Positions 1 through 9,037 of a DNA stretch of 64,000 nucleotides are shown piece by piece; position 1 is the stretch's first letter; each line of letters begins with the position of its first letter. Source of the DNA: a virus; IMG/VR virus record IMGVR_UViG_3300020442_000011, positions 48,001 to 112,000 of that record, one strand, 5' to 3'. The position numbers and the translations under genes are program-made. The notes under the pieces are model-generated. The model saw only the letters and a program-made list of their open reading frames with translations. It was not told the origin of the DNA and ran no database searches.

Positions 1-2
1 CC

Positions 3-44
3 ATCAGTATGTCACCTATTTGTTTGCGCGCACCTAACGCGGAT
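3..44 (+). CDS. 5' exon (partial) of non-virion RNA polymerase beta' catalytic subunit (phiKZ gp55-like)
   Basis: Reads ISMSPICLRAPNAD; joined to 435 it gives PNAD-FDGD, the RNAP Mg-binding motif. Gene starts before the window. Confidence 0.9.
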
Positions 45-434
45 ACAGTGTACATAACACAGTTAGTGTGTTATGTGTAAGTCCCCTTTGTCAGTAATGG
101 CAATTGAAACACTTCTCTAATTGCTGGAATCCACTAAAGCTGTCTCACCACAATGTTACCTGAAAAGGTCAGTTAAAAAGCATGAAGGTTTAAAAACGAG
201 ACAGATGAGATCTACGGATCGAAATGGGTAATCAGCAGCGAAGCTCCTAAGGCGACAGCTATGGAGTGTGTCCAACGACTATCCCCGGCGGGGGAGTAGG
301 GTCCAAGTGGACTCGAAATGGGAAGGGTCCTTAGGAGTCATCTTAAGGATCGTAATATAGTCTCGACGTCTGGGGAAAGCCCAGAGCAGTGCTTAAGTGC
401 ACGGGTAGGACTAACGACCCTACTGAAGATCTCG
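45..434 (+). ncRNA. Group I self-splicing intron (IA2-like), no homing endonuclease
   Basis: Exon ends in U44, intron ends in G434. P1 GGAU(41-44)/GUCC(81-84) with U.G wobble. Core elements P AATTGCTGGAA (~119), Q AATCAGCAGC (~230), R TCCAACGACTA (~271), S AATATAGTCT (~354). P7.1/P7.2 and P9 hairpins present; in-frame stop inside the intron. Confidence 0.95.
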
Positions 435-632
435 TTCGATGGTGATATGTTGAATATGATTCTTATTCCGGATAATTATCTACGTGATGCGTTTGAGCGT
501 ATCTCACCCCATCTTTGGGTGTGGTCACTTGACAAACCACATGAAATATCCAACAACCTGACACTTCAAGGTCCTGTCATCGATACAGCGGTTAACTTCG
601 CGTCAATGACACAACCTGATATTGTCCACTAA
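435..632 (+). CDS. 3' exon of nvRNAP beta' catalytic subunit
   Basis: FDGDMLNMILIP...PDIVH*, same frame as exon 1. The ORF-track start at 318 lies inside the intron. Confidence 0.9.
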   Translation, partial: FDGDMLNMILIPDNYLRDAFERISPHLWVWSLDKPHEISNNLTLQGPVIDTAVNFASMTQPDIVH

Positions 633-641
633 GAGGTTTCT

Positions 642-1256
642 ATGGCACGACAAGTAATGGGGGGTGCTGACCTCCTCGATGTAGCGGGTGGAGGATTTAT
701 ATCGAGGGGTGTGGAGTCTTTCCTGGACAGTGCCTCGAACATGATACGTAGTGCAATGCCACAGCAGGGGTTGGAATTCATCGACAATTGGCGTAATTCG
801 TATAAGACGCTGGATATCGATGGTGCCCTCTCCCTGATGGATAACCTGAAGCGTAAATCTGATACGTCTTGGGACACGCTGTCTATCCAGACATTGGATG
901 ACATACAGGCTACCCAAACAGCCGGTCCTGTTATGCAGCGGTGGATCATGGCTCAAGAAGAAATACGTCGTCGGTATCTGGGTAACTCGTTATCGGGTTA
1001 TGAAGAGACGTATGTCAACTATCATGGGGATGATGTGGGGGTTGACCATAAAGACTGGCGTATAGTAATGGACGGTGTTGGTCAGCTTGAGGAAGGCAAG
1101 TATAACAAACATCGTTACGGTGAGCTTTACGTGGAAGGCGATGCAGAATTGAGAGCGTCACAAAAGATGTCTATCATGGCGACTTGGGACTTCCTGAGTA
1201 AATGTCTTGAAGACGGTGATGAAGATCCTACCTGTCCATACGGTAGTCCTCTCTAA
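642..1256 (+). CDS. Hypothetical protein (core region)
   Basis: 204 aa, GAGG RBS, followed by hairpin. Confidence 0.8.
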   Translation: MARQVMGGADLLDVAGGGFISRGVESFLDSASNMIRSAMPQQGLEFIDNWRNSYKTLDIDGALSLMDNLKRKSDTSWDTLSIQTLDDIQATQTAGPVMQRWIMAQEEIRRRYLGNSLSGYEETYVNYHGDDVGVDHKDWRIVMDGVGQLEEGKYNKHRYGELYVEGDAELRASQKMSIMATWDFLSKCLEDGDEDPTCPYGSPL

Positions 1257-1262
1257 CCACAT

Positions 1263-1291
1263 ATGCGACCCCAAATGGGGTCGCATTTATT
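1263..1291 (+). terminator. Stem-loop terminator
   Basis: ATGCGACCCCA-AA-TGGGGTCGCAT then TTATT. Confidence 0.7.
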
Positions 1292-1367
1292 CCTACCCGT
1301 ACTTTATTTTTTTGTTAATTTACGCACTTCCTGGATGTTATGCACCATAGCTTAATTGGATAATTCC

Positions 1368-1748
1368 ATGAAAATCCCAACGTTGAACGCTTGGGTGGAT
1401 ACACCTGACGAACAGGCGGATTATTTGTTAGGCTGTTTCTACACTAGTGAGAACCTACAGTCAACACTGAGTTATGGTAACATCCAATCGTTACCTTATC
1501 TCATCCAGCGTTATGGGAAAGAACCACTTACGTTACAGACGAATGCAACTGAGCAATTAGAACAGTTGTTGTCAACGGTATTTGAGGTTAATCTTCTCGA
1601 TCTCAAAGTTACCGCTGATGAAAGCGAGCCTAATTCGCTCGCTATTCGCCTTAACTGCGTTGTTTCCATTGACGGTAAAGAAGTATCCCTAGGACACCTT
1701 CTACGCTACGTAGACGGTCGTCTCTCCAACATCCAAAAGAAACTGTAA
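1368..1748 (+). CDS. Hypothetical protein, possibly gp25-like baseplate/sheath initiator
   Basis: ATG at 1368 preferred; helix-helix-beta pattern reminiscent of gp25; TATG late-type motif upstream. Confidence 0.55.
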   Translation: MKIPTLNAWVDTPDEQADYLLGCFYTSENLQSTLSYGNIQSLPYLIQRYGKEPLTLQTNATEQLEQLLSTVFEVNLLDLKVTADESEPNSLAIRLNCVVSIDGKEVSLGHLLRYVDGRLSNIQKKL

Positions 1749-1761
1749 AAGAGACTTACGA

Positions 1762-2226
1762 ATGACCACTAAAGCAAAAGCAACCCCGTCAGCTAAACCC
1801 AAGACTACCAAGTCATTAACGGCTGATCAGAAACGTATCATCGCATTGGAAGCGCGCATCATCGCACTCGAAGATCGTCTCGATACTCAGAATAAAGAAA
1901 ATATCTCTTTGTTCGGTCAAATCCTCAGTGGTATCGGAATGACGCTGGGTCGTCAGGGTCAAGCGCTTCATGAAAAAGTCTTTCCGCCGACTTACAGTCT
2001 TTCTCTTGTAACAAAGGAGGAAGATGAGAACGAACAGACCGCAACATTGATCGTTGAGAACGACGGGTCGTTCTCGTTGCTTTCTCGAAATGCGGAAGGT
2101 AATCGTGTCCCCTTCCCTAAGCAAGAAGTTGATCTTTTCCCAGTTGCCGAGTTCATCAAGAAAAATAAACTCGTTGCTGGTAAAGTGTATTCTGTCAACA
2201 TTTTCCGAGAAGAAGGAACCAAGTAA
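1762..2226 (+). CDS. Hypothetical protein with basic N-terminus and short coiled coil
   Basis: 154 aa; RIIALEARIIALED repeat; TAATG coupling to next gene. Confidence 0.8.
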   Translation: MTTKAKATPSAKPKTTKSLTADQKRIIALEARIIALEDRLDTQNKENISLFGQILSGIGMTLGRQGQALHEKVFPPTYSLSLVTKEEDENEQTATLIVENDGSFSLLSRNAEGNRVPFPKQEVDLFPVAEFIKKNKLVAGKVYSVNIFREEGTK

Positions 2227-2801
2227 TGCCTGAACTCGAACCGACGGTAGGGAGTTGGCTCGAGGAGATCAATGACGAGGCTATCCGTCAGGAGCCTCGT
2301 ATCTCCGAATACCAATTCCAACGCGAAGTACTTACCCTACTCGAAAACCCGTTTGATGCTAATCACATTGATCGGTATAGTCGTTATGTAGGTGAGTTGA
2401 CAAAACCACTCAATGTCATGAGTAACGATAACCAAGGTGTTATCCTGTTTACGGTACCACCGCTTGTTTTCCCACCACGTCCAACGATTGCTGCAACCGG
2501 CGGTGTGACTGCTGAGAACTTGTTCTACCATCTTGAACGTTCCAAAGAGATCGGTGCGCGCGATATCAACGATCGGGTGACAGAATTCATGTTATCCATC
2601 ACTGGGTTCGGTAATCTCGTTAACGACGTTATCATGCCCATTCGCGAAATTCTTGCAAAATACGGTCGTAAGATGGTATCGATCCCTGGAATTGATACAC
2701 CACTACCCAACGGCGAACAAGTAAGCCCTACAGTGAGTGGTTCTACCGAAACCCCGGTTGCCAATAACCAGAGTAGTTTTACTGATGACTACGATGATTA
2801 G
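2226..2801 (+). CDS. Hypothetical protein with acidic C-terminal tail
   Basis: 191 aa, ends SSFTDDYDD; coupled to neighbours. Confidence 0.8.
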   Translation: MPELEPTVGSWLEEINDEAIRQEPRISEYQFQREVLTLLENPFDANHIDRYSRYVGELTKPLNVMSNDNQGVILFTVPPLVFPPRPTIAATGGVTAENLFYHLERSKEIGARDINDRVTEFMLSITGFGNLVNDVIMPIREILAKYGRKMVSIPGIDTPLPNGEQVSPTVSGSTETPVANNQSSFTDDYDD

Positions 2802-3987
2802 TCCTGAAGTAAAAACAGACGGTCCACGGTCTAGCCTTTTTACAGAGGGTAAGATTGCGGGCCGTTTTCGTTTTGTGAGCGTGGGTGATATTCATCTTAA
2901 ACACCCACGCACTCCGACATCCCTCGTTCTTAACAATTTAACTAAGTATTGTGTTAACGATGCGGTGTTTAAAAACCTGGATATTTTTTTCATTACGGGC
3001 GATCTCTTCGACTCCTTGTTAATGAATAACGATCCACGTTTATATGAAATCCATCGATGGCTAACATATCTTCTTTACAAATGCGCTGAACACGATGTTC
3101 TTTTAAGGATCGTTGAGGGGACACCATCTCACGACCGAGAGCAATCAGTCTTCTTAACAGAACAAGCTGTTAACGCCAAGATCCCTGTTGATGTTCATTA
3201 CGCCACCACGTTGTCAATTGAATACGTGGAACGCTTTGGTATTCATATTCTTTATGTTCCAGACAAATGGCGAACAGAGACAACAGAAACATTAGGAGAA
3301 GTTAAACTCCTTTTAAAAGAAAAAGGTATCGATCAGGTTGACTTTGCTGTGATGCACGGCGCTTTCGAGTATCAACTTCCAGAAATCGTCCCTGAGCCAT
3401 CCCACGATAGTGAGGAATACCATCGCCTAGTAAAATGTTTTATTCTCATTGGACACGTTCATAAGGCATCTCAGAAGGGACGTATCTTAGCGGCGGGCAG
3501 TTTCGACCGTGACGGACATGGTAACGAAGAACCCAAAGGTTATTATGATGTCACTATATTCAGCAATGATGATTATCAGATAACATTTGTTGAGAATAAA
3601 GACGCTAAGAAATATGTAGGTGTTGATTGCGTCGGTCTTGATAGTCGTGAATCACTTATCAAGATTTCCAATCTAGTCTCTACACTGCCAAAAGGTAGTG
3701 CTGTAAAAATAAAGTGTTACGCAACAGATCCTATTTTTAAAGAATACAAGGATCTTCTTGAAGCATTCCCCTATATTGAATTTACCACCGACCGTCTTCG
3801 TGATACACGTGAAGAAGCCAAGGTCATGGAAGAACTCATGACGCTGGATTTCGATGTATTTAAAGACATCACACCTGAATCACTTCCAACGCTATTGATG
3901 GAAGAAGTCAACTCACTCACGTCGGACGAAAACCAACGTCGTCGATGTCTTGAGCTAATCGAGTCGGTGAACACATCAAACGCTTGA
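2785..3987 (+). CDS. sbcD: SbcD/Mre11-like metallophosphoesterase nuclease
   Basis: Motifs GDIH, GDLFD, GTPSHD, MHG, GHVH; ATG 2785 preferred over 2737. Confidence 0.88.
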   Translation: MTTMISPEVKTDGPRSSLFTEGKIAGRFRFVSVGDIHLKHPRTPTSLVLNNLTKYCVNDAVFKNLDIFFITGDLFDSLLMNNDPRLYEIHRWLTYLLYKCAEHDVLLRIVEGTPSHDREQSVFLTEQAVNAKIPVDVHYATTLSIEYVERFGIHILYVPDKWRTETTETLGEVKLLLKEKGIDQVDFAVMHGAFEYQLPEIVPEPSHDSEEYHRLVKCFILIGHVHKASQKGRILAAGSFDRDGHGNEEPKGYYDVTIFSNDDYQITFVENKDAKKYVGVDCVGLDSRESLIKISNLVSTLPKGSAVKIKCYATDPIFKEYKDLLEAFPYIEFTTDRLRDTREEAKVMEELMTLDFDVFKDITPESLPTLLMEEVNSLTSDENQRRRCLELIESVNTSNA

Positions 3988-3994
3988 GGTAGAC

Positions 3995-4831
3995 ATGACC
4001 GCTTACGTTCGTACATTGGGTGAGTATCCTATTTCAGTGGGTACGTCATTAGCTTTAGAAGGGTTCTTTAGAAAAGAACCTAATATTCGTCAGGAACGAA
4101 TCCGTACTGCTATCACCAAGTTGTGGGTAAACCTGGAAACAGTGGTTCGTAACGCAATTGAGGCGTATCCTTCTGATGACCTCAAGACACTGCCTTTAAA
4201 TGACGTTGTGGATTCAGTGTTTGAAGATGTGGAAGCCATTCAAACAACCATCCGCGACCAGTCGGAAGGTTCAGTAGCGTTGGTTCTGTTTTATGAAGAC
4301 CCTGAAGAACGTAAATGGTTATTCCCTCATGCCCAGTGGCGCGTCCCCACAACCGAACGTAAAAAACGTATTTCTCTTTTACATGACCTAGCAACACGTC
4401 AGGTATCGGGTATGATGCTTGAGAAGAAAATGCCGTTGAACATTATCAAACGGCGCCCACCTGTATCTCACGACCATGTAGCCATACTTACTCACCATAT
4501 CCATAATTTGTTCTGGGAACGATCCTTTGGTTATTTGGTCCTTCTAGAATCCTATACAGGTGCGTTAAAGGATGCCAACTTATGGTCAGGTAAAATGAAG
4601 GGCGTTGACGTTAGAGATCAGATGCCTTTTAATCCATTAACTCTTCAAATTTTAGGTGATGGTTCTTTATTCGCCGGTGAATCACGTGTCATTCAACGTG
4701 AGTTAAAAGTTCTTGCTAGAAACGCCAACTGGACGAAGGTTACTACAAGAGAACGCATATTGAATGACATTAGTCGTCAAGGTACGCCTGTTCTAAAAGA
4801 AGCGTACAACAAACTGATGAGTCGTCATTGA
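3995..4831 (+). CDS. Conserved jumbo phage protein (phiKZ gp66-like), possible 5'-3' exonuclease-like fold
   Basis: 278 aa, GAGG RBS, synteny after SbcD, LQILGD motif. Confidence 0.65.
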   Translation: MTAYVRTLGEYPISVGTSLALEGFFRKEPNIRQERIRTAITKLWVNLETVVRNAIEAYPSDDLKTLPLNDVVDSVFEDVEAIQTTIRDQSEGSVALVLFYEDPEERKWLFPHAQWRVPTTERKKRISLLHDLATRQVSGMMLEKKMPLNIIKRRPPVSHDHVAILTHHIHNLFWERSFGYLVLLESYTGALKDANLWSGKMKGVDVRDQMPFNPLTLQILGDGSLFAGESRVIQRELKVLARNANWTKVTTRERILNDISRQGTPVLKEAYNKLMSRH

Positions 4832-4902
4832 GATAAATTACGCTCAACAGTAATGCTGTAGAAAGCCAATGGTCTTCCAATCCGTTTTATAAGGGTCTTA
4901 TT

Positions 4903-5643
4903 ATGAGTAATTTCAACCGGCAAGGCAACAACGCTAACCGGAAACCAATTCCGCTAACCCAGTTTGATGTTTTTAGTAACTGGCTTTATGCTGATGCTCC
5001 TGTCGCCGGTGCACAGAAACCGGGCAACTTCCGTCTTAAAGTAATTGCTAACGTCCCACGCTTTATCGTTAAGACAAACGTCCCTGATGACAAGGACAAT
5101 GGACGTATCGAATTCCAGACGGATATTCCCACGTTCATGGCTGTGATTAAACTGGTTGAGGATCTAGCTGAAGGGCGCGAAGAAGGGTCGTTCACATTGG
5201 AATATAACGACCATGTCTTCGGCGCTGGTGGACAACGCAGTGAGAAGCCAGTTACTAAGGCATCCATCAAGATCGGTAAGGACAAAGAGAGCGGCCGTAT
5301 CTATATTGCCGTGCTCGGATACAATCGCCCGAAAATCCAGTTCTTCTTCGGACCGGCTAAGCGTCACGATCTTAAAGGTGGTGATGGTTCTGTTTTGGAT
5401 GCAGGCTTTGTAAGTCGTACCTATGCACGTGCCTGTGTTAAATCGTGGTCTGAGATGGCACTCAAGCTACTCAACGATAACTTCGATAAAGATGCGAAGA
5501 ACGTTGCTAAACCACCTGCACCCCCGCAAGGTCAAGGTGGTGGCAATGGCTATCAAGGCGGTGGTAACAACCAACGTCAACAAGCTGCATCCGCACCAGC
5601 GAACGTTGAGAGTTTCGACGATTTCGGTGATGACGCGTGGTAA
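4903..5643 (+). CDS. chmC: Putative nucleus-associated nucleic-acid-binding protein ChmC (phiKZ gp67-like)
   Basis: Directly upstream of the sigma-like subunit; beta-rich core, G/N/Q disordered tail, acidic end DDFGDDAW; identity from synteny. Confidence 0.65.
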   Translation: MSNFNRQGNNANRKPIPLTQFDVFSNWLYADAPVAGAQKPGNFRLKVIANVPRFIVKTNVPDDKDNGRIEFQTDIPTFMAVIKLVEDLAEGREEGSFTLEYNDHVFGAGGQRSEKPVTKASIKIGKDKESGRIYIAVLGYNRPKIQFFFGPAKRHDLKGGDGSVLDAGFVSRTYARACVKSWSEMALKLLNDNFDKDAKNVAKPPAPPQGQGGGNGYQGGGNNQRQQAASAPANVESFDDFGDDAW

Positions 5644-5659
5644 AAGAATAAACAACATA

Positions 5660-5690
5660 CAGTCGCTGTCCTTTGTCGGGACAGCGACTG
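5660..5690 (+). terminator. Strong intergenic hairpin
   Basis: CAGTCGCTGTCC...GGACAGCGACTG, 12-bp stem, weak U tail. Confidence 0.6.
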
Positions 5691-5694
5691 GTTT

Positions 5695-7335
5695 ATGAGT
5701 GCTAACAAAAATAAAACCTACATCATTGACGTGTGTCCCACACCAAATGGAGTTTCACCGCAGATGCGTTTTCTCATTTCTTCTCAGTCGGGTACTGGTT
5801 TTACTGAGGTTACAACCGAACATAACGGGCGTTCTCTCACCTGGGTGGTTAAGTTTTACACTAAGGTTCAGTTGACCGATCCTTCTGAAGTGTTCATGGG
5901 GATCAACCAATACCTGGAGACATTACCTGACGAAGTTCTCGATGCAATTTTTGAAATATATGTCGAGATGAAAGAAATCCTCGAGGAAACATATGAGGGT
6001 TCTGAAATGGTTATCCCTCTCCAAACATGCATCAAGCAGCTTTATTCGATGGTGCCGATGGAGAGCATCCGGAAGTGGATTATCTTTAACTATCCGGTTT
6101 ACATCCCCGAAATTCCAGATACTTTAACAGACCGTTACATGAATCGTGATGAGACCTATATCAAAGCAGATTACTTTGATCTGGTGGTGTTCTCTTTAGC
6201 GACACGTTTCATGATCCCGGTGTGGGGTGAGTACATCACACGAGGTGGTGCTGGAAATGGTGGGGAACTTTATAAAGAATTGGATGCACTGTCGCTCGTA
6301 AGCGGCACTGAAATGATGAAGTGGCCATTGGATAATGGTACACCTGGATCTCTACCTGCTCGCGATAAACTCATGCGTTATATCGAGATCAAAGCAGAAC
6401 GTAACACAACGTCCCTGGCGGATCTCTTTGGTGGGATGAGTTGTTTTGATATTCCAGCACGGCTATTGGCGACTGTAATCTTGCGTCGTTTAACGATAGT
6501 TCCTTTAACGCCCCAAGGGTCTGATGGGGAAGGAAAGAACATCGTTGCTAACCTTCACCACTATGTCGACCAACGTTTACGTCCCAATGATAAACGTGCG
6601 GGTTCTGTTAACCCTAAGATGAAAGACAGTGAAGGTGCTGATCCTGATGATAAAACATCAGTGGCTGAACAATATAAAATTCGCCAGAAGGTCTCTGATG
6701 GTGATATCATGGCGTTTCAAGTAGAAGCGCAAAGACAGCTTCTACTAGCAACCAAAGTAGATCCCTCTTTCGATCCAGTAATCTTGGATAAAGTCAATGA
6801 ATATCGACACGAATTTGACAATATCCACCTAAGCAATCATCAGCTGACACTGGCCCAGTGGGCCTTGGCAAAAGCATATCCACCCCGTGCATTTGAAGAT
6901 GTGGATATGAAAGCTATCAATAACCTGGTGGCAACTGCTCAGGCGTTATACTGGCATTGGGGACTATATGACATTGCCATCCTGATGACGGTGGAGAAGG
7001 TTCGATTCTCAGATGAGGATAGTCCAGGCTTATCACCTCTTGCAAAACCAACTTCAAGATTTAAAAATGAAATCCTTGAAGACTTCATGCAAGCATTCCC
7101 CCACTTCTTCCCGCAGTCGGGTAAGGATGCTAAGGATGTAAAAGGTAACGTTGCTTTCATCGGCGTATCTACCGTCCTGCAGGAAATGTTCGAAGCTAGC
7201 TGGTATTATCGGGGTAACCCTGAACTTTATGCGTTATCTTCGCAGAACCCAGATAGCCGTACGATCATCGTACAAACAACAATAAGACAGACGCTACATG
7301 CAGCTGTCATGAAAATCGTCTCATTGAACCAGTAA
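5695..7335 (+). CDS. nvRNAP sigma-like promoter-specificity subunit (phiKZ gp68-like)
   Basis: 546 aa helical protein at the conserved position; true start may be ATG 5764 (GGAG upstream). Confidence 0.7.
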   Translation: MSANKNKTYIIDVCPTPNGVSPQMRFLISSQSGTGFTEVTTEHNGRSLTWVVKFYTKVQLTDPSEVFMGINQYLETLPDEVLDAIFEIYVEMKEILEETYEGSEMVIPLQTCIKQLYSMVPMESIRKWIIFNYPVYIPEIPDTLTDRYMNRDETYIKADYFDLVVFSLATRFMIPVWGEYITRGGAGNGGELYKELDALSLVSGTEMMKWPLDNGTPGSLPARDKLMRYIEIKAERNTTSLADLFGGMSCFDIPARLLATVILRRLTIVPLTPQGSDGEGKNIVANLHHYVDQRLRPNDKRAGSVNPKMKDSEGADPDDKTSVAEQYKIRQKVSDGDIMAFQVEAQRQLLLATKVDPSFDPVILDKVNEYRHEFDNIHLSNHQLTLAQWALAKAYPPRAFEDVDMKAINNLVATAQALYWHWGLYDIAILMTVEKVRFSDEDSPGLSPLAKPTSRFKNEILEDFMQAFPHFFPQSGKDAKDVKGNVAFIGVSTVLQEMFEASWYYRGNPELYALSSQNPDSRTIIVQTTIRQTLHAAVMKIVSLNQ

Positions 7336-7349
7336 TTCGGAGTATTGAC

Positions 7350-8990
7350 ATGGGTATGTTAGGACAACAGCAGCAGCCTGAAATTGAAATCGTTGAGTTT
7401 GTACTCATCGAAATGGGTACGTATCAGAATCAATATTATCGTCCATTTGAAATCAACGCTGACTACAACAACATCAACGCACTGGGTGAGGCTACCAATG
7501 GTGGTCAGGTGCTTGATATCACTAATGTCGAGCAGGTTGCTTCAAACATCATCTCACCTCAATCAAAGACTAACGGCATGAGCCAAATCCCCAATGGTTG
7601 GGCAACACGCCGGTTCTCATTTGTTATGCGGGTTATCGAGAAACCACGTTTCAGTCAGACCTCAACAGTTGAACGCATTTTCTATGGTTATACAGATGTG
7701 GCCGATCTGTCATTCGGTAAGAATGACCTTGACCCCAACATGCGTCTCTACTTCAACAGTGAGATGACAATTAACACCGACGTTCGTCCGGGGCCACAGG
7801 GTGTCATGATCCCCATGTCTCGGGTAATGAGCTCTACTCAGATCGTCTCCCCGATGGATATGGCGGGCGGTAATGCCGGTCTGTTTGGCGATTCTATTTA
7901 CCTCATTCGCCCGGAAGATGTCTTCCTCCATAACCACGATGTGTCCCAGTCGCAGATCCTACAACAAACAGGTGTGTTGGATGGCTCTGTAGAGCGGTTC
8001 TATGACACACGTGGAATGTCGACAAAAGGAGGACATTACAAACTAAACCGTCGCCAAGATAACTCCCCCTCACGTTACCTTCAGCGTTTCCTCTCTGGAT
8101 ATGACCACGGTATCCGTGAGTCTCGGGAATCTTACGATGGTGGTATTGTTGGTGACTCAATTCTGACGAGCGCGGCACAGAAAGTTAAGAACCCCGAGCT
8201 TCACCAGTTGGACTTCTTCGAAATCCTAAAAATGGACTGTGGGTATCTGGAACAAGGCTTTGTTCGTTATGGGGATCTCTGTAACGTTTTCCCAACGTTG
8301 AACAACGTCGCTGAGTTCACCATCAATGATGGGCGTTCTGTTCGTCGTCTATCTGAAGCAACTGATAGTGCTTATTGGAATGGTGGTAATTACACCTCCA
8401 TTGCGGTGTCCATGTTGGCACAGGTGGTCCCCAGTGTCATGATGGAGAACTTTATCCGTCAGATCAATTTCACGGTGACGTCTGGTAACGGGTATGGTGA
8501 ATACTTCATCGATGTGGATAAGAACTCTCTGCGGATGATGTCATCTAACTTACCTGATCAGGTTGTCCAAAGAAGCATCAGTGAATTCAAGCGTCGCATT
8601 TCCCTTGACGTTCTGAACTATGTCACCCGCTACAATCAGCTCTTCTGTCAGATCGGTATGGTGACTAACCTACAGTCTGAGAGTGTTATCGATATTGCAT
8701 TGGATAGCCACAATGTCGAGCGGTATGTTGCACCGACATTCAGTGATGGTCTCTTTACACCTGTGGCAACGAACGAAGTGGATCGTCGTAATCTCATGTG
8801 TGAATCACTTGGTTACTTGGTACGTGAAACATTCGATCATTCAGTCCAACAACCTACAATGGATTACGCGCCACAACAGAGCTTCTCGAATCCGACGCTT
8901 ACGCGAGACCATGTTGCTAACCCCTATGGGCAACAGCAACCGCAATCCAGTGGCTCCGCCTTCGCGGGTCTTCCAGACGACATCATTTAA
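7350..8990 (+). CDS. picA: Putative phage-nucleus protein import factor PicA/Imp1 (phiKZ gp69-like)
   Basis: 546 aa, GGAG RBS; synteny between gp68-like and gp70-like genes. Confidence 0.65.
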   Translation: MGMLGQQQQPEIEIVEFVLIEMGTYQNQYYRPFEINADYNNINALGEATNGGQVLDITNVEQVASNIISPQSKTNGMSQIPNGWATRRFSFVMRVIEKPRFSQTSTVERIFYGYTDVADLSFGKNDLDPNMRLYFNSEMTINTDVRPGPQGVMIPMSRVMSSTQIVSPMDMAGGNAGLFGDSIYLIRPEDVFLHNHDVSQSQILQQTGVLDGSVERFYDTRGMSTKGGHYKLNRRQDNSPSRYLQRFLSGYDHGIRESRESYDGGIVGDSILTSAAQKVKNPELHQLDFFEILKMDCGYLEQGFVRYGDLCNVFPTLNNVAEFTINDGRSVRRLSEATDSAYWNGGNYTSIAVSMLAQVVPSVMMENFIRQINFTVTSGNGYGEYFIDVDKNSLRMMSSNLPDQVVQRSISEFKRRISLDVLNYVTRYNQLFCQIGMVTNLQSESVIDIALDSHNVERYVAPTFSDGLFTPVATNEVDRRNLMCESLGYLVRETFDHSVQQPTMDYAPQQSFSNPTLTRDHVANPYGQQQPQSSGSAFAGLPDDII

Positions 8991-8997
8991 GTGATAG

Positions 8998-9023
8998 GAG
9001 GGACACCTTTTAGGGTGTCCCTC
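8998..9023 (+). promoter_or_regulatory. Intergenic hairpin without U-tract (processing or stability element)
   Basis: GAGGGACACC...GGTGTCCCTC. Confidence 0.55.
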
Positions 9024-9037
9024 TACTTGGAGTTTAC

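Noticed and set aside
318-434. N-terminal part of ORF 318-632
   Set aside because: Lies in intron P8-P9; real coding resumes at 435
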